Source: an uncultured delta proteobacterium (GTDB taxonomy: Bacteria > Desulfobacterota > Syntrophobacteria > Syntrophobacterales > Syntrophobacteraceae). Taken from it: DNA of 51,398 nt. The DNA is taken from positions 1 through 51,398 of the forward strand of contig CAWEHK010000001.1 of the NCBI GenBank assembly GCA_963808625.1, given 5' to 3'. The position numbers and the translations under genes are program-made. The notes under the pieces were generated by a model. The model was not told where the DNA came from and did not search any database. It was given only the letters and a program-made list of their open reading frames with translations. This document shows positions 11,544-22,412 of this stretch, one piece after another. Positions within the stretch are counted from its first letter, which is position 1. Every line of letters begins with the position of its first letter.

Positions 11544-12722
11544 TCACGCTGCGCACGCCTGTTGGCCACCCCTGGCCTCCAGTGCCTCCGACAACTCACC
11601 TAAATGCTTCAGGGGATAGACCGTGACGCGTTCGTGAACGGGATAATCGTTGGCGCCGGGGTAGATGATCCAAAGATGGTCGAGTTGCAGCGCATCCAGG
11701 GTGCTGTACAACGATTTGGTCACCTTGGGAGCTTCACTGAATTTGAAATCGATTCCGAGGCGTCGGCCGCGGTGGAGGAAGAAAAGGTCGAGTTCGGCGA
11801 CGCTGTGAGTGGCCCAAAAGTATGCGTCGGCTGGCTTCAAGACACGCAGAGTTTGCTCCAGGGCGAAACCCTCCCAGGAAGCGCCAAGACGAGGATGCCC
11901 CAGGAGGCTGTGGCGATCGGGAAGGCTCAGGAGGGTGTGCAGCAGTCCCGAGTCCCGGAGATAAATCTTGGGTGCTTTGACCTGGCGTTTGCTGATGTTT
12001 TCATGCCACGGCTGGAGTTGGCGGACCATGAACGTGCCGGTGAGAATATCCAGGTAGGAACGTACGGTTTTGTCGGTAAGGCCCATTGATCGAGCCAATT
12101 CCGAGGCATTCCAGGTCTGTCCGTGGAAGTGGGCAAGCATGGTCCAGAAGCGGCGCATGGCTGCCGCTGGAATCGAAATGCCCAATTGCGGGAGGTCACG
12201 CTCCAGGAAGGTGCGCACGAAGCCCTCCCGCCATGCCATGCTGTCGTCATCTGAGGCTGCGAGAAAAGCGCGCGGAAACCCGCCCCTCAGCCACAGTTCC
12301 TCAATGGATTCGGTCCCCGTCTCCTGGAGATCGAAACCAGAAAGTTCAACGAATTCCACTCGTCCGGCAAGGGTCTCCGAGACGCCCTTGACAATTTGAG
12401 GGGAGGCGCTGCCCAGCACGATAAAGCGAACCTGGCTCGTCGGCCGGTCAACCAGCACCCGCAGGGCTTTGAAGAGCTCTGGCATCTCCTGAATCTCATC
12501 AAGAACGGCAAGGCCTTCAAGCCTTCCCAACATCAGTTCCGGATTTTCCAGGCGCTGTCGGTCGGGCTGCGATTCCAGATCGAAATAGGTGGTCCTGCGC
12601 TCCTGGGCAAACTGCCGCGCAAGCGTGGTCTTTCCACACTGCCGAGGTCCCAGCAAAGCGGTGACAGGAGAGCGTCGAACCGCCGTTGCCAATTGTTTGA
12701 GATAGAACGGTCGATCAATCAT
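11544..12722 (-). CDS. AAA_14 ATPase + DUF4143 protein, copy 2 (intact)
   Basis: 392 aa, near-identical to copy 1; C-terminal ELDLFFL...GIDFKFS nuclease-like motif. Confidence 0.92.
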   Translation of the reverse strand: MIDRPFYLKQLATAVRRSPVTALLGPRQCGKTTLARQFAQERRTTYFDLESQPDRQRLENPELMLGRLEGLAVLDEIQEMPELFKALRVLVDRPTSQVRFIVLGSASPQIVKGVSETLAGRVEFVELSGFDLQETGTESIEELWLRGGFPRAFLAASDDDSMAWREGFVRTFLERDLPQLGISIPAAAMRRFWTMLAHFHGQTWNASELARSMGLTDKTVRSYLDILTGTFMVRQLQPWHENISKRQVKAPKIYLRDSGLLHTLLSLPDRHSLLGHPRLGASWEGFALEQTLRVLKPADAYFWATHSVAELDLFFLHRGRRLGIDFKFSEAPKVTKSLYSTLDALQLDHLWIIYPGANDYPVHERVTVYPLKHLGELSEALEARGGQQACAA

Positions 12723-12783
12723 GGGACCATTGTAGATTGAAAACTCGGAGAGTCAATCTGAATTTTCAAGATAAAATCATCCC
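12723..12783 (-). promoter_or_regulatory. Extended palindrome containing a sigma70-type promoter for a leaderless transcript
   Basis: Minus strand TTGACT-N16-TACAAT-N6-ATG inside an imperfect 27-bp inverted repeat. Confidence 0.7.
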
Positions 12784-12823
12784 GGCCTTCCCCTCCTCTC
12801 CATGGACTTGTCCACACCTGGAG

Positions 12824-13540
12824 TCAGAGCAAAAACAGTGTGGCCAGGAGACCCGCGAGGGTCATGGTGATGGTGTAGGGGAGTGCCAGCTTGACTATTT
12901 CGCCGTAGGAAAGGCGGATGAGCGGTGCCAGCGAGGAGGTGAGGAGGAAGAGGAACGCCGCCTGGCCGTTCGGGGTGCCGACGCTGGGGATGTTCGTTCC
13001 GGTGTTGATGGTTACCGCAAGCAAATCGAATTGCTCCCTCGAGAGGCGTCCGTCGGCAAAGGCCTTGGCCGTTTCCGTGACGTAGACCGTCGCCACAAAG
13101 ACCTTGTCACTGATCAGGGAAAGAATACCATTGGCGAGATAGTAGGCCACCAGCTGGGCCCTTCCCTGGAGGGACAGGACAAAATTGATGACGGGCGCAA
13201 ACAGTTGCTGATCGTGGATCACCGCGACCACCACCAAAAAGCCGACGAGCAGTGCGGTAAAGGGCAGGGCTTCCTCGAAGGCCCGGCCGGTGCGGTGTTC
13301 GTCGACGATGCCGTTCAGTGCGGTCAAGAGGACAATGATCATCAGGCCGATAAGGCCCACCTCGGCGAGGTGAAAGGCCAGGCTGACCATGAGGATCATG
13401 GCCTACCGTGCCCTGGCTGAGGAGTCGTGCTTTCGCGCGCCGGTTCTCCGGCGATCATCCTCCGCCGCCTGTGCTTCCAGGACGCGAAGCACCGATCCCG
13501 ACAGTTCAAACCCGTAGCCGAAAAGCTTGAATCGCGACAC
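12824..13540 (-). pseudogene. nhaB: Na+/H+ antiporter NhaB, C-terminal remnant
   Basis: [59 protein letters not shown]. An upstream frame gives FKLFGYGFEL; the N-terminal half is absent. Confidence 0.85.
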
Positions 13541-13600
13541 CCCGAAATTTCAATCAAGCGAAAGGCTCGCTCAAACATAAGCCTGCTTACGGATAGGTCA

Positions 13601-15004
13601 TCAGTGTCTTGACTGCTCATCGCCTGGCCGACACGCTTCATCTCTCGCCGGGGATTTTGCCGCAAGAAGCCAGGTGAAACCAATTGCCGCAGCAAGCAGG
13701 GAGGCAAACAGAATCCCGACCTTCGCTTGCTCCACAAGAACAGGGTCCTCAAAGGCCAGTTGGCTGATGAAAAGGGACATGGTGAAACCGATACCTGCCA
13801 GCCATGCCGCTCCCAGAAGATGCCACCAACCGACCCCGGCTGCCAACCTGACAATTCTTAACCTTACAGCAAGCCAGCTGAAGCAGGAGATTCCGATGAA
13901 CTTTCCCAACACCAGTCCGAGCATAACGCCCATGGTGACAGGGTGGCTCAAAGTCTGCCCCAGTTCGATCTCATGGAAGTCGATCGCGGCATTGCTCAGA
14001 GCGAAGAGCGGGATGACCAGAAATGTGACCCATGGGCTTAGAGCATGTTCCATGTGCTGTTGGGGCGATTGGACTGCTCTTGCAGCGCTTTCCAGATTTT
14101 CCGCTATGGTTGCCATATCCGGACACCCTAAAGCGTGCTTACATACATCCGGACCTGCGACCTCAGAATGAAGTGCACTCTGCAATTGGATCAGACGCTG
14201 CTCAAAGTGTTGAAGTGTGAATGCCGGCCGTGCCGGAATAGTGAAAGCGAGCAACACCCCCGATACGGTGGCATGGATTCCGGATTTCAAGAGAGTGACC
14301 CAAAGCACGATTCCCAGTAGCACATAGGGAAGAGGATGGCGGATGCCGCCTTGATTGAGGATGATGAGCAGAACGAAAACGCCGGCCGCAGCGCCTAATG
14401 CCATCAGATTGAGATCATGAGTGTAAAAAATGGCGATAATCAGCACGGCACCAAGGTCATCAACGATGGCGAGAGCAGTAAGAAAGATGATCAGGTTGGC
14501 AGGGATGCGCCACGCGAGCAGAACCAGAATGCCTACGGAGAAAGCGATGTCCGTGGCTGTGGGAATCCCCCAACCCCGCGCTGTCGGCCCGTCTGGATTC
14601 AGAACGTAATAGATGAGGGCGGGCACGAGCATACCGCCTATGGCGGCTACCACAGGAAGCAACGCGTCCCGAAAAGAAGCCAGTTCCCCGACCAGGATTT
14701 CACGTTTGAGCTCCAGTCCAACCAGCAAGAAGAAAAGCGTCATCAGGCCTTCGTTGATCCAGGAATGCAGACTGAGCTTCAGCTGCCAGGCGCCAATACC
14801 GATATGCAGTGGTTGCTCCCAAAGATGCCGGACATACTCGCCCCACATTGAATTGGCCAGGACCAGAGCCACTACCGTGGTGCCCATCAAGATGATGCCG
14901 CCCGAGGTGGTACGCTGCAAAAAGCGTTCGAAGGGGCTCAAGATGTGCCCAAACAGATTCTCCAGAGGATAGTTGTTCCCTCGCGTTCGCTTCCTCGTTG
15001 CCAT
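13601..15004 (-). CDS. nhaA: Na+/H+ antiporter NhaA
   Basis: WINEGLMTLFFLLVGLELKRE, GWGIPTATDIAF, LAIVDDLGA, GIGFTMSLFI. Confidence 0.95.
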   Translation of the reverse strand: MATRKRTRGNNYPLENLFGHILSPFERFLQRTTSGGIILMGTTVVALVLANSMWGEYVRHLWEQPLHIGIGAWQLKLSLHSWINEGLMTLFFLLVGLELKREILVGELASFRDALLPVVAAIGGMLVPALIYYVLNPDGPTARGWGIPTATDIAFSVGILVLLAWRIPANLIIFLTALAIVDDLGAVLIIAIFYTHDLNLMALGAAAGVFVLLIILNQGGIRHPLPYVLLGIVLWVTLLKSGIHATVSGVLLAFTIPARPAFTLQHFEQRLIQLQSALHSEVAGPDVCKHALGCPDMATIAENLESAARAVQSPQQHMEHALSPWVTFLVIPLFALSNAAIDFHEIELGQTLSHPVTMGVMLGLVLGKFIGISCFSWLAVRLRIVRLAAGVGWWHLLGAAWLAGIGFTMSLFISQLAFEDPVLVEQAKVGILFASLLAAAIGFTWLLAAKSPARDEACRPGDEQSRH

Positions 15005-15380
15005 CCTTCCCAGACCTCCGACCCAAACAGAAAAGCCACTGCTCACGATTAAACCGTGATAGCGGCCCGACTATCATTGAAACCTCTGGAAACGAGAACG
15101 CTCTCCAGACCCATTGCTGTGTTCTTAGTCTAAGCAAATGAACGATGCTGTCAAGCGAAGAAGAGAATGCGCAGCTCTTTGTCAGGAAACGCTTGAGTTC
15201 AAAGAGATCAATGCCTTCGGGAAGAATGGCAACGCGTTACTCTGTGGGGAAATCAGGAGTTTCCCAGCCTACCTTACACGACGAGAAACCCGAAAATGGT
15301 GAACTTGTACCAGTCGGGAGAGTTGCCCAGGAAGTTTGTGGTGAAGGCCTCGATCATTGTTTTCGGCATCAACGGACTCC

Positions 15381-15570
15381 TGAGAGTATGCCTAAAAAGA
15401 ACCTCGGGTCGTCACCCGCGCATGCTTCTGGCGGGGGACCATGGATCAAAAGACGCCTGGATTCACAGTAAAGCATGCGGGAATGACGATCTCGGATTGT
15501 TTCATGCGTCACGGCGGTTGGCGGGCATCACTCCAACGGCGCTTTTTCAACCTTTTGGGGCGACCTCTTA
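15381..15570. mobile_element. MITE family M1 (about 190 bp) with a GTCATTCCCGC-type hairpin core
   Basis: Homologous in inverted orientation to 37221-37416; ends at the TAA of the ZnuA-like gene. Confidence 0.8.
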
Positions 15571-16479
15571 CTTCAGGGCAGCCTTGAACTTTTCCGCGAC
15601 TTCCCGAAGGTTCTTTGCCCAATCGTAGGCCATGGGGTCGGCGGGGATGATCCGGCCGCCGATTGCTTCCGCGATGACCCGGGCACTGGTGGATGAAAAT
15701 TGAGGCTGCACGAAAATGACTTTGATGCCTCGCTCGCGGGCGTGTTCAATCAAGCGTTTGAGTTCAGCCGCCTTGGGTTCCTTGCCCTCAACCTCGACGG
15801 GAGTTTGCAGCAACCCATAGGCTTCGGCAAAATAGCCCCAGGCGGGATGAAAGACCATAAATTCCTTATTGCCTGCAACCTCGCCGAAGAGATTGACCAG
15901 GTCGACGTCGAGCGCAACGACCTCTTCCATGAATTTTCGGTAGTTCGTCTCATACCCTTCCTTATGCGCCGGATCGACCTTGAGGAAGGCATCGAGCATG
16001 GTGCGGGCCTGGATCATCACCAGCGGGGGAGAGAGCCAAATGTGCGGGTCGAGTACGCCGTGCTGATGTTCTTCAGCGGGCGGCGTCTGCTGCTGGAGAG
16101 GAGTCCCGGAGGGTTCCTCATGAACTTGCATGGGCAGCTTCGCAATGCCGGTTTCGGTGTGAACAATCTGCATGTTCGGATTGACCGCAGCAAATTTCTT
16201 CAGCCAGGCATCCTCGAAAGGAACTCCCGCCGCAAAGTAGAGTTTCGATTTGGCCAGGGATGCCATGTGCTGCGGTTTCGGATCATACACATGCGGTTCG
16301 GCCCCGGGTTCAACCATGACCGTGACCGCCACCAGTTGGCCGCCGATCTTTTCGACAAAATACTTCTGCGGCAGGATGCTCACGGTCACCGGCACCGGCT
16401 GCTCGGCATGGGCTGATGGCATGAACATAGCCGCGAGCAGGATCGGGATGATTCCTGTGGCTCGAAAAAAGTGCTTCAT
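15568..16479 (-). CDS. Zn/Mn ABC transporter substrate-binding protein (ZnuA-like)
   Basis: VSILPQKYFVEKIGG, PGAEPHVYDP, DPHIWLSP, FHPAWGYFA, EGKEP. Confidence 0.92.
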   Translation of the reverse strand: MKHFFRATGIIPILLAAMFMPSAHAEQPVPVTVSILPQKYFVEKIGGQLVAVTVMVEPGAEPHVYDPKPQHMASLAKSKLYFAAGVPFEDAWLKKFAAVNPNMQIVHTETGIAKLPMQVHEEPSGTPLQQQTPPAEEHQHGVLDPHIWLSPPLVMIQARTMLDAFLKVDPAHKEGYETNYRKFMEEVVALDVDLVNLFGEVAGNKEFMVFHPAWGYFAEAYGLLQTPVEVEGKEPKAAELKRLIEHARERGIKVIFVQPQFSSTSARVIAEAIGGRIIPADPMAYDWAKNLREVAEKFKAALK

Positions 16480-16704
16480 GGCTTGCCTCTCTCAGTTCAT
16501 TTCCATATTTTAGGGAATCGTGTTTATGCCTGGCGGTACTCCCATGCAAACAGGCGAGATATAGCTTACAGAAAGGACACTATTCAAACAAGGCGCTTGT
16601 TAGGTCTTTTTGGACACCCTCTGAGATTCGGTTCGCGGGTTGTGAACGATTGCCGGACCGTGTTATCCTGGCTGGGGCTGAAACTGAGGCAGAATAGAGG
16701 GACT

Positions 16705-17847
16705 ATGATCGGACCGCTCCTATTTTTGGCAGCAATTTTCTTTGTGAACTTCCTCGCCAGGATCATTTTGAGTCCGCTGATGCCGGTCATCGAGGGGGAT
16801 CTGAAGCTGGATCATGGTCAGGCCGGCATCCTTTTTCTCCTCATTTCCGTGGGTTATTTCATTGCTCTCATGGCTTCGGGATATGTCTCTTCACGCCTGA
16901 AGCACAAGTATACCATTGTCGTGTCTTCCGCGGCGGTGGGCCTGGCACTCCTGGCGACAGCATACAGCCCCGGCCTGGGGGGTGTTCGCCTTGGCATCCT
17001 CGTCATGGGCATGGCGGCAGGGCTTTACTTCCCTTCCGGCATGGCGACGATTACGTCATTGTTTCGTTCCCAGCATTGGGGGAAAGCGATTGCCGTCCAC
17101 GAGCTGGCGCCGAATCTGGCCTTTGCGTCCGCGCCTCTACTTTCGGAAATGCTTTTGGGATGGACCTCCTGGCGTGGCGTGCTCGCCCTCGCAGGGATGG
17201 CCTCGCTGCTGCTTGGCGCCGCTTTCGCCCGCTTCGGTCGCGGGGGTGAATTCGCGGGCGAGGCTCCGGCCTTCGGGTTTCTCCACAAGCTCTGCCAGCA
17301 GCCGTTCTTCTGGATGATGCTGGTGCTTTTCGGTCTCGGCATAGGCTCCACAACTGGGGTGTACTCCATGCTTCCCCTCTTTTTGGTGTCGGAGCGCGGT
17401 ATGGAGCCGGATCATGCCAACACCATCGTTGCTCTTTCGAGGCTTCCTACGCTCGGGATGGCGCTGGTGAGCGGCTGGGTGGCGGACCGCGTGGGCGCCA
17501 AGAGAACCATGGCCTGCTTCCTGGCGTCTACGGGAATCATGACCCTGCTGCTGGGCTTGGCGCCAGGGGAGTGGACGGTCTTTATTGTCTTCCTCCAGGC
17601 GATGCTCGCGGTCTGCTTCTTCCCGGCGGCACTGGCCGCCCTGTCTTCCATCGGGCTGGCGGGCAGTCGCAATCTGATCATCTCCTTCACCATTCCCTTC
17701 GCTTACCTGATGGGCGCAGGAGCGACGCCGGCGATAATCGGCATGTTTGGACAGGCAGGGTCTTTTGCGTGGGGTATCAGTCTGACCGGAGTGCTCATTA
17801 CCATGGGTGCAATGCTCTCGGGTTTGCTCAAGCTGCCAGGTCAGTAG
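16705..17847 (+). CDS. MFS transporter
   Basis: Many hydrophobic helices; SGWVADRVGAKR motif. Confidence 0.88.
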   Translation: MIGPLLFLAAIFFVNFLARIILSPLMPVIEGDLKLDHGQAGILFLLISVGYFIALMASGYVSSRLKHKYTIVVSSAAVGLALLATAYSPGLGGVRLGILVMGMAAGLYFPSGMATITSLFRSQHWGKAIAVHELAPNLAFASAPLLSEMLLGWTSWRGVLALAGMASLLLGAAFARFGRGGEFAGEAPAFGFLHKLCQQPFFWMMLVLFGLGIGSTTGVYSMLPLFLVSERGMEPDHANTIVALSRLPTLGMALVSGWVADRVGAKRTMACFLASTGIMTLLLGLAPGEWTVFIVFLQAMLAVCFFPAALAALSSIGLAGSRNLIISFTIPFAYLMGAGATPAIIGMFGQAGSFAWGISLTGVLITMGAMLSGLLKLPGQ

Positions 17848-17891
17848 GGCAGCCTGAAGAGCGCGAAGCGCACGAAAGGAGGAGAACTGAA

Positions 17892-18821
17892 ATGGCAAAA
17901 GAGTCAGGTTACAAGACCATCACCCCCCGGGAGCTCAGTCAATGGCTTGAGGAGCGGAGGGATGTTCTCGTCATCGATGTCCTGCCCAATGAGGTCTTCC
18001 ATGAGAGGAAGATACCAGGTGCGAGGAACGCCTGTGTCTACGAGGTGACCTTTCCTGATCAGGTGGCGGCGCTCGGTGCCGAGCGGGAACGTGTCATCGT
18101 CGTCTATGGTTCCAGTCAGCTCTCGCTGGATGCTGCGACCGCCGCGACAAAGCTGGTGCGACTCGGCTACCGGTCGGTTTTTGCCCTCGCGGGGGGAGTG
18201 CTCGCATGGCGGGAGGAGGGGCTGCCGCTCGAAGGGGAAGAGCCGGCGGCGGTAAGCGATCCGGGAACGCGCCTGAGCCTGGTCGACAGGAGCTACAAAG
18301 TGGACCCGGACGCAAGCCTTCTTGCCTGGATTGGGCGCAACGCCAACAAGATGCATCATGGGACGGTGCGGCTTGCCGGCGGTGAGCTCAGCATCCGTCG
18401 AGGAAACCTGAGTGGCGTTGTGGAAGTCGATATGCGTTCGATCAAGAACATCGACCTCGAGGGCGACGAACTCCAGCCGGTCCTGATTGCGCATCTGGAA
18501 TCAGACGACTTTTTCTTTGTAAAGCGGTTCCCGGCTGCAAAATTTACCATCAAAGGCGCTACGCCGGCCGCCGAGCCCTATCTCGGTTCCCCCAACTACG
18601 AGGTGGAAGGCGCCTTCGAGTTGTGTGGGGTCGAGCGAGACATCCGCTTTCCGGCGACCGTAAGCAACCTGGCGGAGGGGAGGATTGCTGCCGAGGCTCA
18701 CTTTGATATCGATCGCACCCGGTGGAATGTCCTCTACGGATCGAGCCGCTTCTTCGAGTACCTGGGGATGCACCTGGTCTTCGATCCCATTACCATTCAC
18801 CTCCAAATCGTGGCAAATTAG
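17892..18821 (+). CDS. Rhodanese-like + YceI fusion protein
   Basis: VIDVLP...KIPGA...LAGGVLAW, followed by HLESDDFFFVKRFP and IDRTRWNVLYGS. Confidence 0.88.
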   Translation: MAKESGYKTITPRELSQWLEERRDVLVIDVLPNEVFHERKIPGARNACVYEVTFPDQVAALGAERERVIVVYGSSQLSLDAATAATKLVRLGYRSVFALAGGVLAWREEGLPLEGEEPAAVSDPGTRLSLVDRSYKVDPDASLLAWIGRNANKMHHGTVRLAGGELSIRRGNLSGVVEVDMRSIKNIDLEGDELQPVLIAHLESDDFFFVKRFPAAKFTIKGATPAAEPYLGSPNYEVEGAFELCGVERDIRFPATVSNLAEGRIAAEAHFDIDRTRWNVLYGSSRFFEYLGMHLVFDPITIHLQIVAN

Positions 18822-18992
18822 AAGGTTGTCCAAAAATAACTCATCAATCTTTCACCACGGAATACACGGAATACACGGAGCAAGCATAAGAGAGACGCCA
18901 AGCACCAGAAGCGATTTTTCAGTGTGTTCAGTGTGTTCCGTGGTTTGAAAACGGATCGAAAGGAGAGCTGGTTATATTTGGACATGGCCTAA
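18819..18992. mobile_element. TIR-shelled element with converging 9-bp arrays (CACGGAATA)
   Basis: TGTCCAAAAATAAC / GTTATATTTGGACA shell; core 18854-18944; begins at the YceI TAG. Confidence 0.75.
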
Positions 18993-19074
18993 CGCATTAG
19001 TCCACAGGTTGACCGGACTCATCCGCAAGGCTCCGGACTGAAAGAACCCAGGTTTCTGCCGGTGTTGTGCCGGT

Positions 19075-20100
19075 TCAGATGCCCGTCACGGGAACGTAGA
19101 GGGACTTGGTCCCGACGATCCCGGCAAAGAAGCAGGCGGTAAAATGGCCGGCTTCCACCTCTCTGAGTTCGGGTTCGGTTTGGCTGCAAATTGGCTGAGC
19201 ATAGAGGCAGCGGGTGTGAAAGCGGCATCCCGGGGGCGGATCGATGGGGCTCGGAACATCACCTTTCAGGATGATGCGTGTGCGTTTGGCGTCGGGATCG
19301 GGCAGGGGACATGCCGAAAGGAGTGCCTGCGTGTAAGGATGCAGCGGATTCGAGCAGAGCCTCCTGCTGTCGGCCAGCTCCACTATTTTTCCCAGGTACA
19401 TCACCGCCAGCCGGTCGCTCACATGCCAGACGACACTGAGGTCGTGGGAGATGAAAAGGTAGGTGAGCCCGAATTGTTCCTGAAGGTCTTTGAGCAGATT
19501 AAGGACCTGGGCCTGAATGGAAACATCCAGGGCCGATACCGGTTCGTCGCAGACGATGAGCTTCGGCTGTAGGGCCAGGGCGCGGGCGATGCCGATCCGC
19601 TGGCGCTGGCCGCCGGAAAACTGGTGCGGGTAGCGGCGCATGTGTTCCTGCCTTAACCCCACGATGCGCAGCAGTTCGAGGACCCGCTGTTCCCTCTCGC
19701 TTCGCCCCATCCGGTGATGGACCAGAAGCGGCGCCCCGACAATGTGGGCGACCGTCTTTCTCGGATTGAGGGAGGAGAATGGGTCCTGAAAGATGATCTG
19801 CATTTTTGCGCGGAGGGCGCGCATCTGTTTCTTATTCGAGTCCAAGATGTTTTCTTCCTCGAAGAAAATCTCTCCCCCATCCGGTTCTTCGAGCCTGAGG
19901 ATCGCTTTCCCGAGAGTGGTTTTCCCGCACCCTGACTCACCCACAAGGCCCAGCGTTTCGCCTTCCCTGATGGTGAGGGAAACACCGTCAACCGCCTTCA
20001 CGGAAGCGATCTCGCCGAGCAGCACTCCGCCTCGTATGGGATAATATTTGACGAGGTTTTCCACCCGGAGGAGAATTTTAGCCTGCTCTGGATCACGCAT
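19075..20100 (-). CDS. dppF: Dipeptide/oligopeptide ABC ATPase
   Basis: [16 protein letters not shown], oligo_HPY domain. Confidence 0.92.
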   Translation of the reverse strand: MRDPEQAKILLRVENLVKYYPIRGGVLLGEIASVKAVDGVSLTIREGETLGLVGESGCGKTTLGKAILRLEEPDGGEIFFEEENILDSNKKQMRALRAKMQIIFQDPFSSLNPRKTVAHIVGAPLLVHHRMGRSEREQRVLELLRIVGLRQEHMRRYPHQFSGGQRQRIGIARALALQPKLIVCDEPVSALDVSIQAQVLNLLKDLQEQFGLTYLFISHDLSVVWHVSDRLAVMYLGKIVELADSRRLCSNPLHPYTQALLSACPLPDPDAKRTRIILKGDVPSPIDPPPGCRFHTRCLYAQPICSQTEPELREVEAGHFTACFFAGIVGTKSLYVPVTGI

Positions 20101-21073
20101 ATTTCAGACACCGTGCCGTGTGGTGTTCAGTGATCGAATACATTTCCGGCTCCACCTCGTGGCAGTCGGAAAAAACATCCGGACAACGGTCGTTGAAGGG
20201 GCACCCGGGAGGCAGGTTAAAGAGTGACGGGACCACCCCGGAAATGGCCGCCAGCCGCTGTGACGGGCTTCCCCTTCCGAGCACCGGGATGGATTGCATG
20301 AGGCCGACGGTGTAAGGGTGTTTCGGATTCCCGAAGAGCGTCCTGACATCGGCGTATTCCACGATCTTTCCCGCGTACATGACCGCCACGGATTGGGCCA
20401 TTTCCGCAATCACGCCAAGATCGTGGGTGATGAAGAGGATGGCGGCGCCGGTCTCGCGCTTGAGTTTATTCATGAGGTCCAGGATCTGCGCCTGGATGGT
20501 TACATCGAGGGCCGTGGTCGGTTCATCCGCAATCATCAATTCCGGGTTGCAGGCCAGGGCCATGGCGATCATCACCCGCTGGCGCATCCCGCCGCTCATC
20601 TGATGCGGGTATTCCCGAATGCGCTGTTCGGGAACCGGAATTCCTACCACTCGAAAGGCCTCGATCACCCGTTCGCGGGCTTGCGCTCGCGAAAGCTTTT
20701 CATGGATTTTGATGACTTCACTCACCTGGTCCCCCACCGGATAGACGGGATTGAGCGACGTCATGGGTTCCTGGAAAATCATGGAAATCCGGTTCCCGCG
20801 GATGCTTCGCATGCGGGACTCGGGCAGCTCCAGCAAATTGATGTCTTTCAAAAAGATCTTACCACTGACGATCTTCCCCGGCGGCTCGGGAATGAGCCGG
20901 ATGATGGAATGGGCCGTCACGCTCTTGCCGCAGCCGGATTCGCCTACCAGCCCAAGGGTTTCGCCGGCCTCGAGGGTCAGGCTGACATCGTCGACGGCCC
21001 TCGCCACGTGGCGCCGCACATAGAAATAAGTGCGCAGCCCGCTGATTTCGAGGAGATGCTCCGAAGGCGTCAT
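20093..21073 (-). CDS. dppD: Dipeptide/oligopeptide ABC ATPase
   Basis: [35 protein letters not shown]. Confidence 0.92.
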   Translation of the reverse strand: MTPSEHLLEISGLRTYFYVRRHVARAVDDVSLTLEAGETLGLVGESGCGKSVTAHSIIRLIPEPPGKIVSGKIFLKDINLLELPESRMRSIRGNRISMIFQEPMTSLNPVYPVGDQVSEVIKIHEKLSRAQARERVIEAFRVVGIPVPEQRIREYPHQMSGGMRQRVMIAMALACNPELMIADEPTTALDVTIQAQILDLMNKLKRETGAAILFITHDLGVIAEMAQSVAVMYAGKIVEYADVRTLFGNPKHPYTVGLMQSIPVLGRGSPSQRLAAISGVVPSLFNLPPGCPFNDRCPDVFSDCHEVEPEMYSITEHHTARCLKYA

Positions 21074-21096
21074 AAAAACCGTCTCTCTCGCTTATT

Positions 21097-21311
21097 AACC
21101 GTCCAAAATCAAGTGCTGCGGATTCAGGTGGGATTGGACCTCACACCATAACCGCAACCGAATATTGAATATCGAATATCGAACCGCAGAATGTCGAAGG
21201 AGGGCAGGACACTTCATCATTCGGAATTCCTTGTTCGTTATTCAGCATTCGCTTTTCCGGGAGCCCGCTTTCCAAAACTTTTCCCGACATTAATTTTGGG
21301 ACAGTTCCTTA
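21097..21311. mobile_element. MITE family M2 (about 210 bp) with a 7-bp AATATCG array core
   Basis: Homologous to 40930-41135; TIR AACYGTCC(C)AAAATYAA; ends at the dppC TAA. Confidence 0.8.
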
Positions 21312-22214
21312 GTCTCGCAACCTGGGATCCAGCACGTCACGCAGGCCGTCGCCGAACAGGTTGAATCCCAGGACCGCAAAGAGGATCGCCAAACCCGGTA
21401 TGGTCATAACCCACCAGGCCCGGAAGATATGCGAACGACCCATGGCAATCATGGCCCCCCATTCCGGGGTTGGGGGCTGGGCGCCAAGGCCCAGAAAACT
21501 GAGCGCCGCGGCATCGAGAATCGCCGAGGCGAAACTGAGGGTGGTCTGCACGATCAGGGGCCCGAGGCAATTGGGAAAGATTTCGCCGAAAACGAGGCGA
21601 AAATCACCGCTGCCGATGGCGCGCGCGGCAGCCACGTAGTCCTTTTCGCTCTCTTCGAGGACCGAGGCGCGCACAATGCGGGCAAAGCGCGGAACGTAGA
21701 TGATGCCGATGGCGATCATGGCATTCCTGAGACTCGGGCCAAGGTAGGCCACTGTCACGATGGCCAGGAGGATGCTGGGAAAAGCCAGGATGAGGTCCAT
21801 GGCACGCATGATGAGGTTGTCACAGAGTCCTTTGTAGAAACCGGCAAGGCATCCCATGACGGAGCCGAGCACAAAAGCGATCCCGACACTCACCACCGCC
21901 ACCGTCAGCGACACCCGGGCACCGTAGATGATGCGCGAGAGAATGTCCCGGCCGAGATCGTCGGTCCCGAAGAGGTGCTGCCACGTCCCGGCCTCATCCC
22001 AGACAGGCGGCTTCAACTGGTCATAAAGCGAGGCATCCACGGGATTGTGCGGGCTCAGGGCGGGGGCAAAAAGAGCGCATATCAGAAAGATTATGATGAT
22101 GATCAGGCCGCCGACGGCGGTCCTGTTCCGCAGCAACTGATCGAGCTGCTCGAAGAACGGATGCCGGTCTTCGGGGTCCCTGCCGGGTTTGAGCTGCCTC
22201 ATTGTTGCTGTCAT
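21309..22214 (-). CDS. dppC: Peptide ABC permease
   Basis: FGTDDLGRDILSRIIYGAR, LSFLGLGAQPPTPEWG. Confidence 0.93.
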   Translation of the reverse strand: MTATMRQLKPGRDPEDRHPFFEQLDQLLRNRTAVGGLIIIIIFLICALFAPALSPHNPVDASLYDQLKPPVWDEAGTWQHLFGTDDLGRDILSRIIYGARVSLTVAVVSVGIAFVLGSVMGCLAGFYKGLCDNLIMRAMDLILAFPSILLAIVTVAYLGPSLRNAMIAIGIIYVPRFARIVRASVLEESEKDYVAAARAIGSGDFRLVFGEIFPNCLGPLIVQTTLSFASAILDAAALSFLGLGAQPPTPEWGAMIAMGRSHIFRAWWVMTIPGLAILFAVLGFNLFGDGLRDVLDPRLRD

Positions 22215-22269
22215 AAACCACTACTCACTTCACGTGGACCGGTTCGCCATCCGCCATTGGCAAAAAGCG

Positions 22270-22412
22270 TCCACGAAGTCACACGAAGATCAACGAAGAC
22301 ACACGAATTGGTCAAACGGTTTTGCATTCCGACATCGAATATCCGAAATCCCCCATCAACCATCAACCATCAACTATCAACCATCAACCATCAACCACCA
22401 ACCATCAACCAC
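22270..22412. repeat. CACGAAG array plus CCATCAA 7-mer tandem (8 units, 22353-22408)
   Basis: Directly visible; abuts the dppB stop. Confidence 0.9.

Noticed and set aside
22270..22412. Possible CRISPR array
   Set aside because: Units are 7-9 bp with no unique spacers, and no cas genes are in the window.
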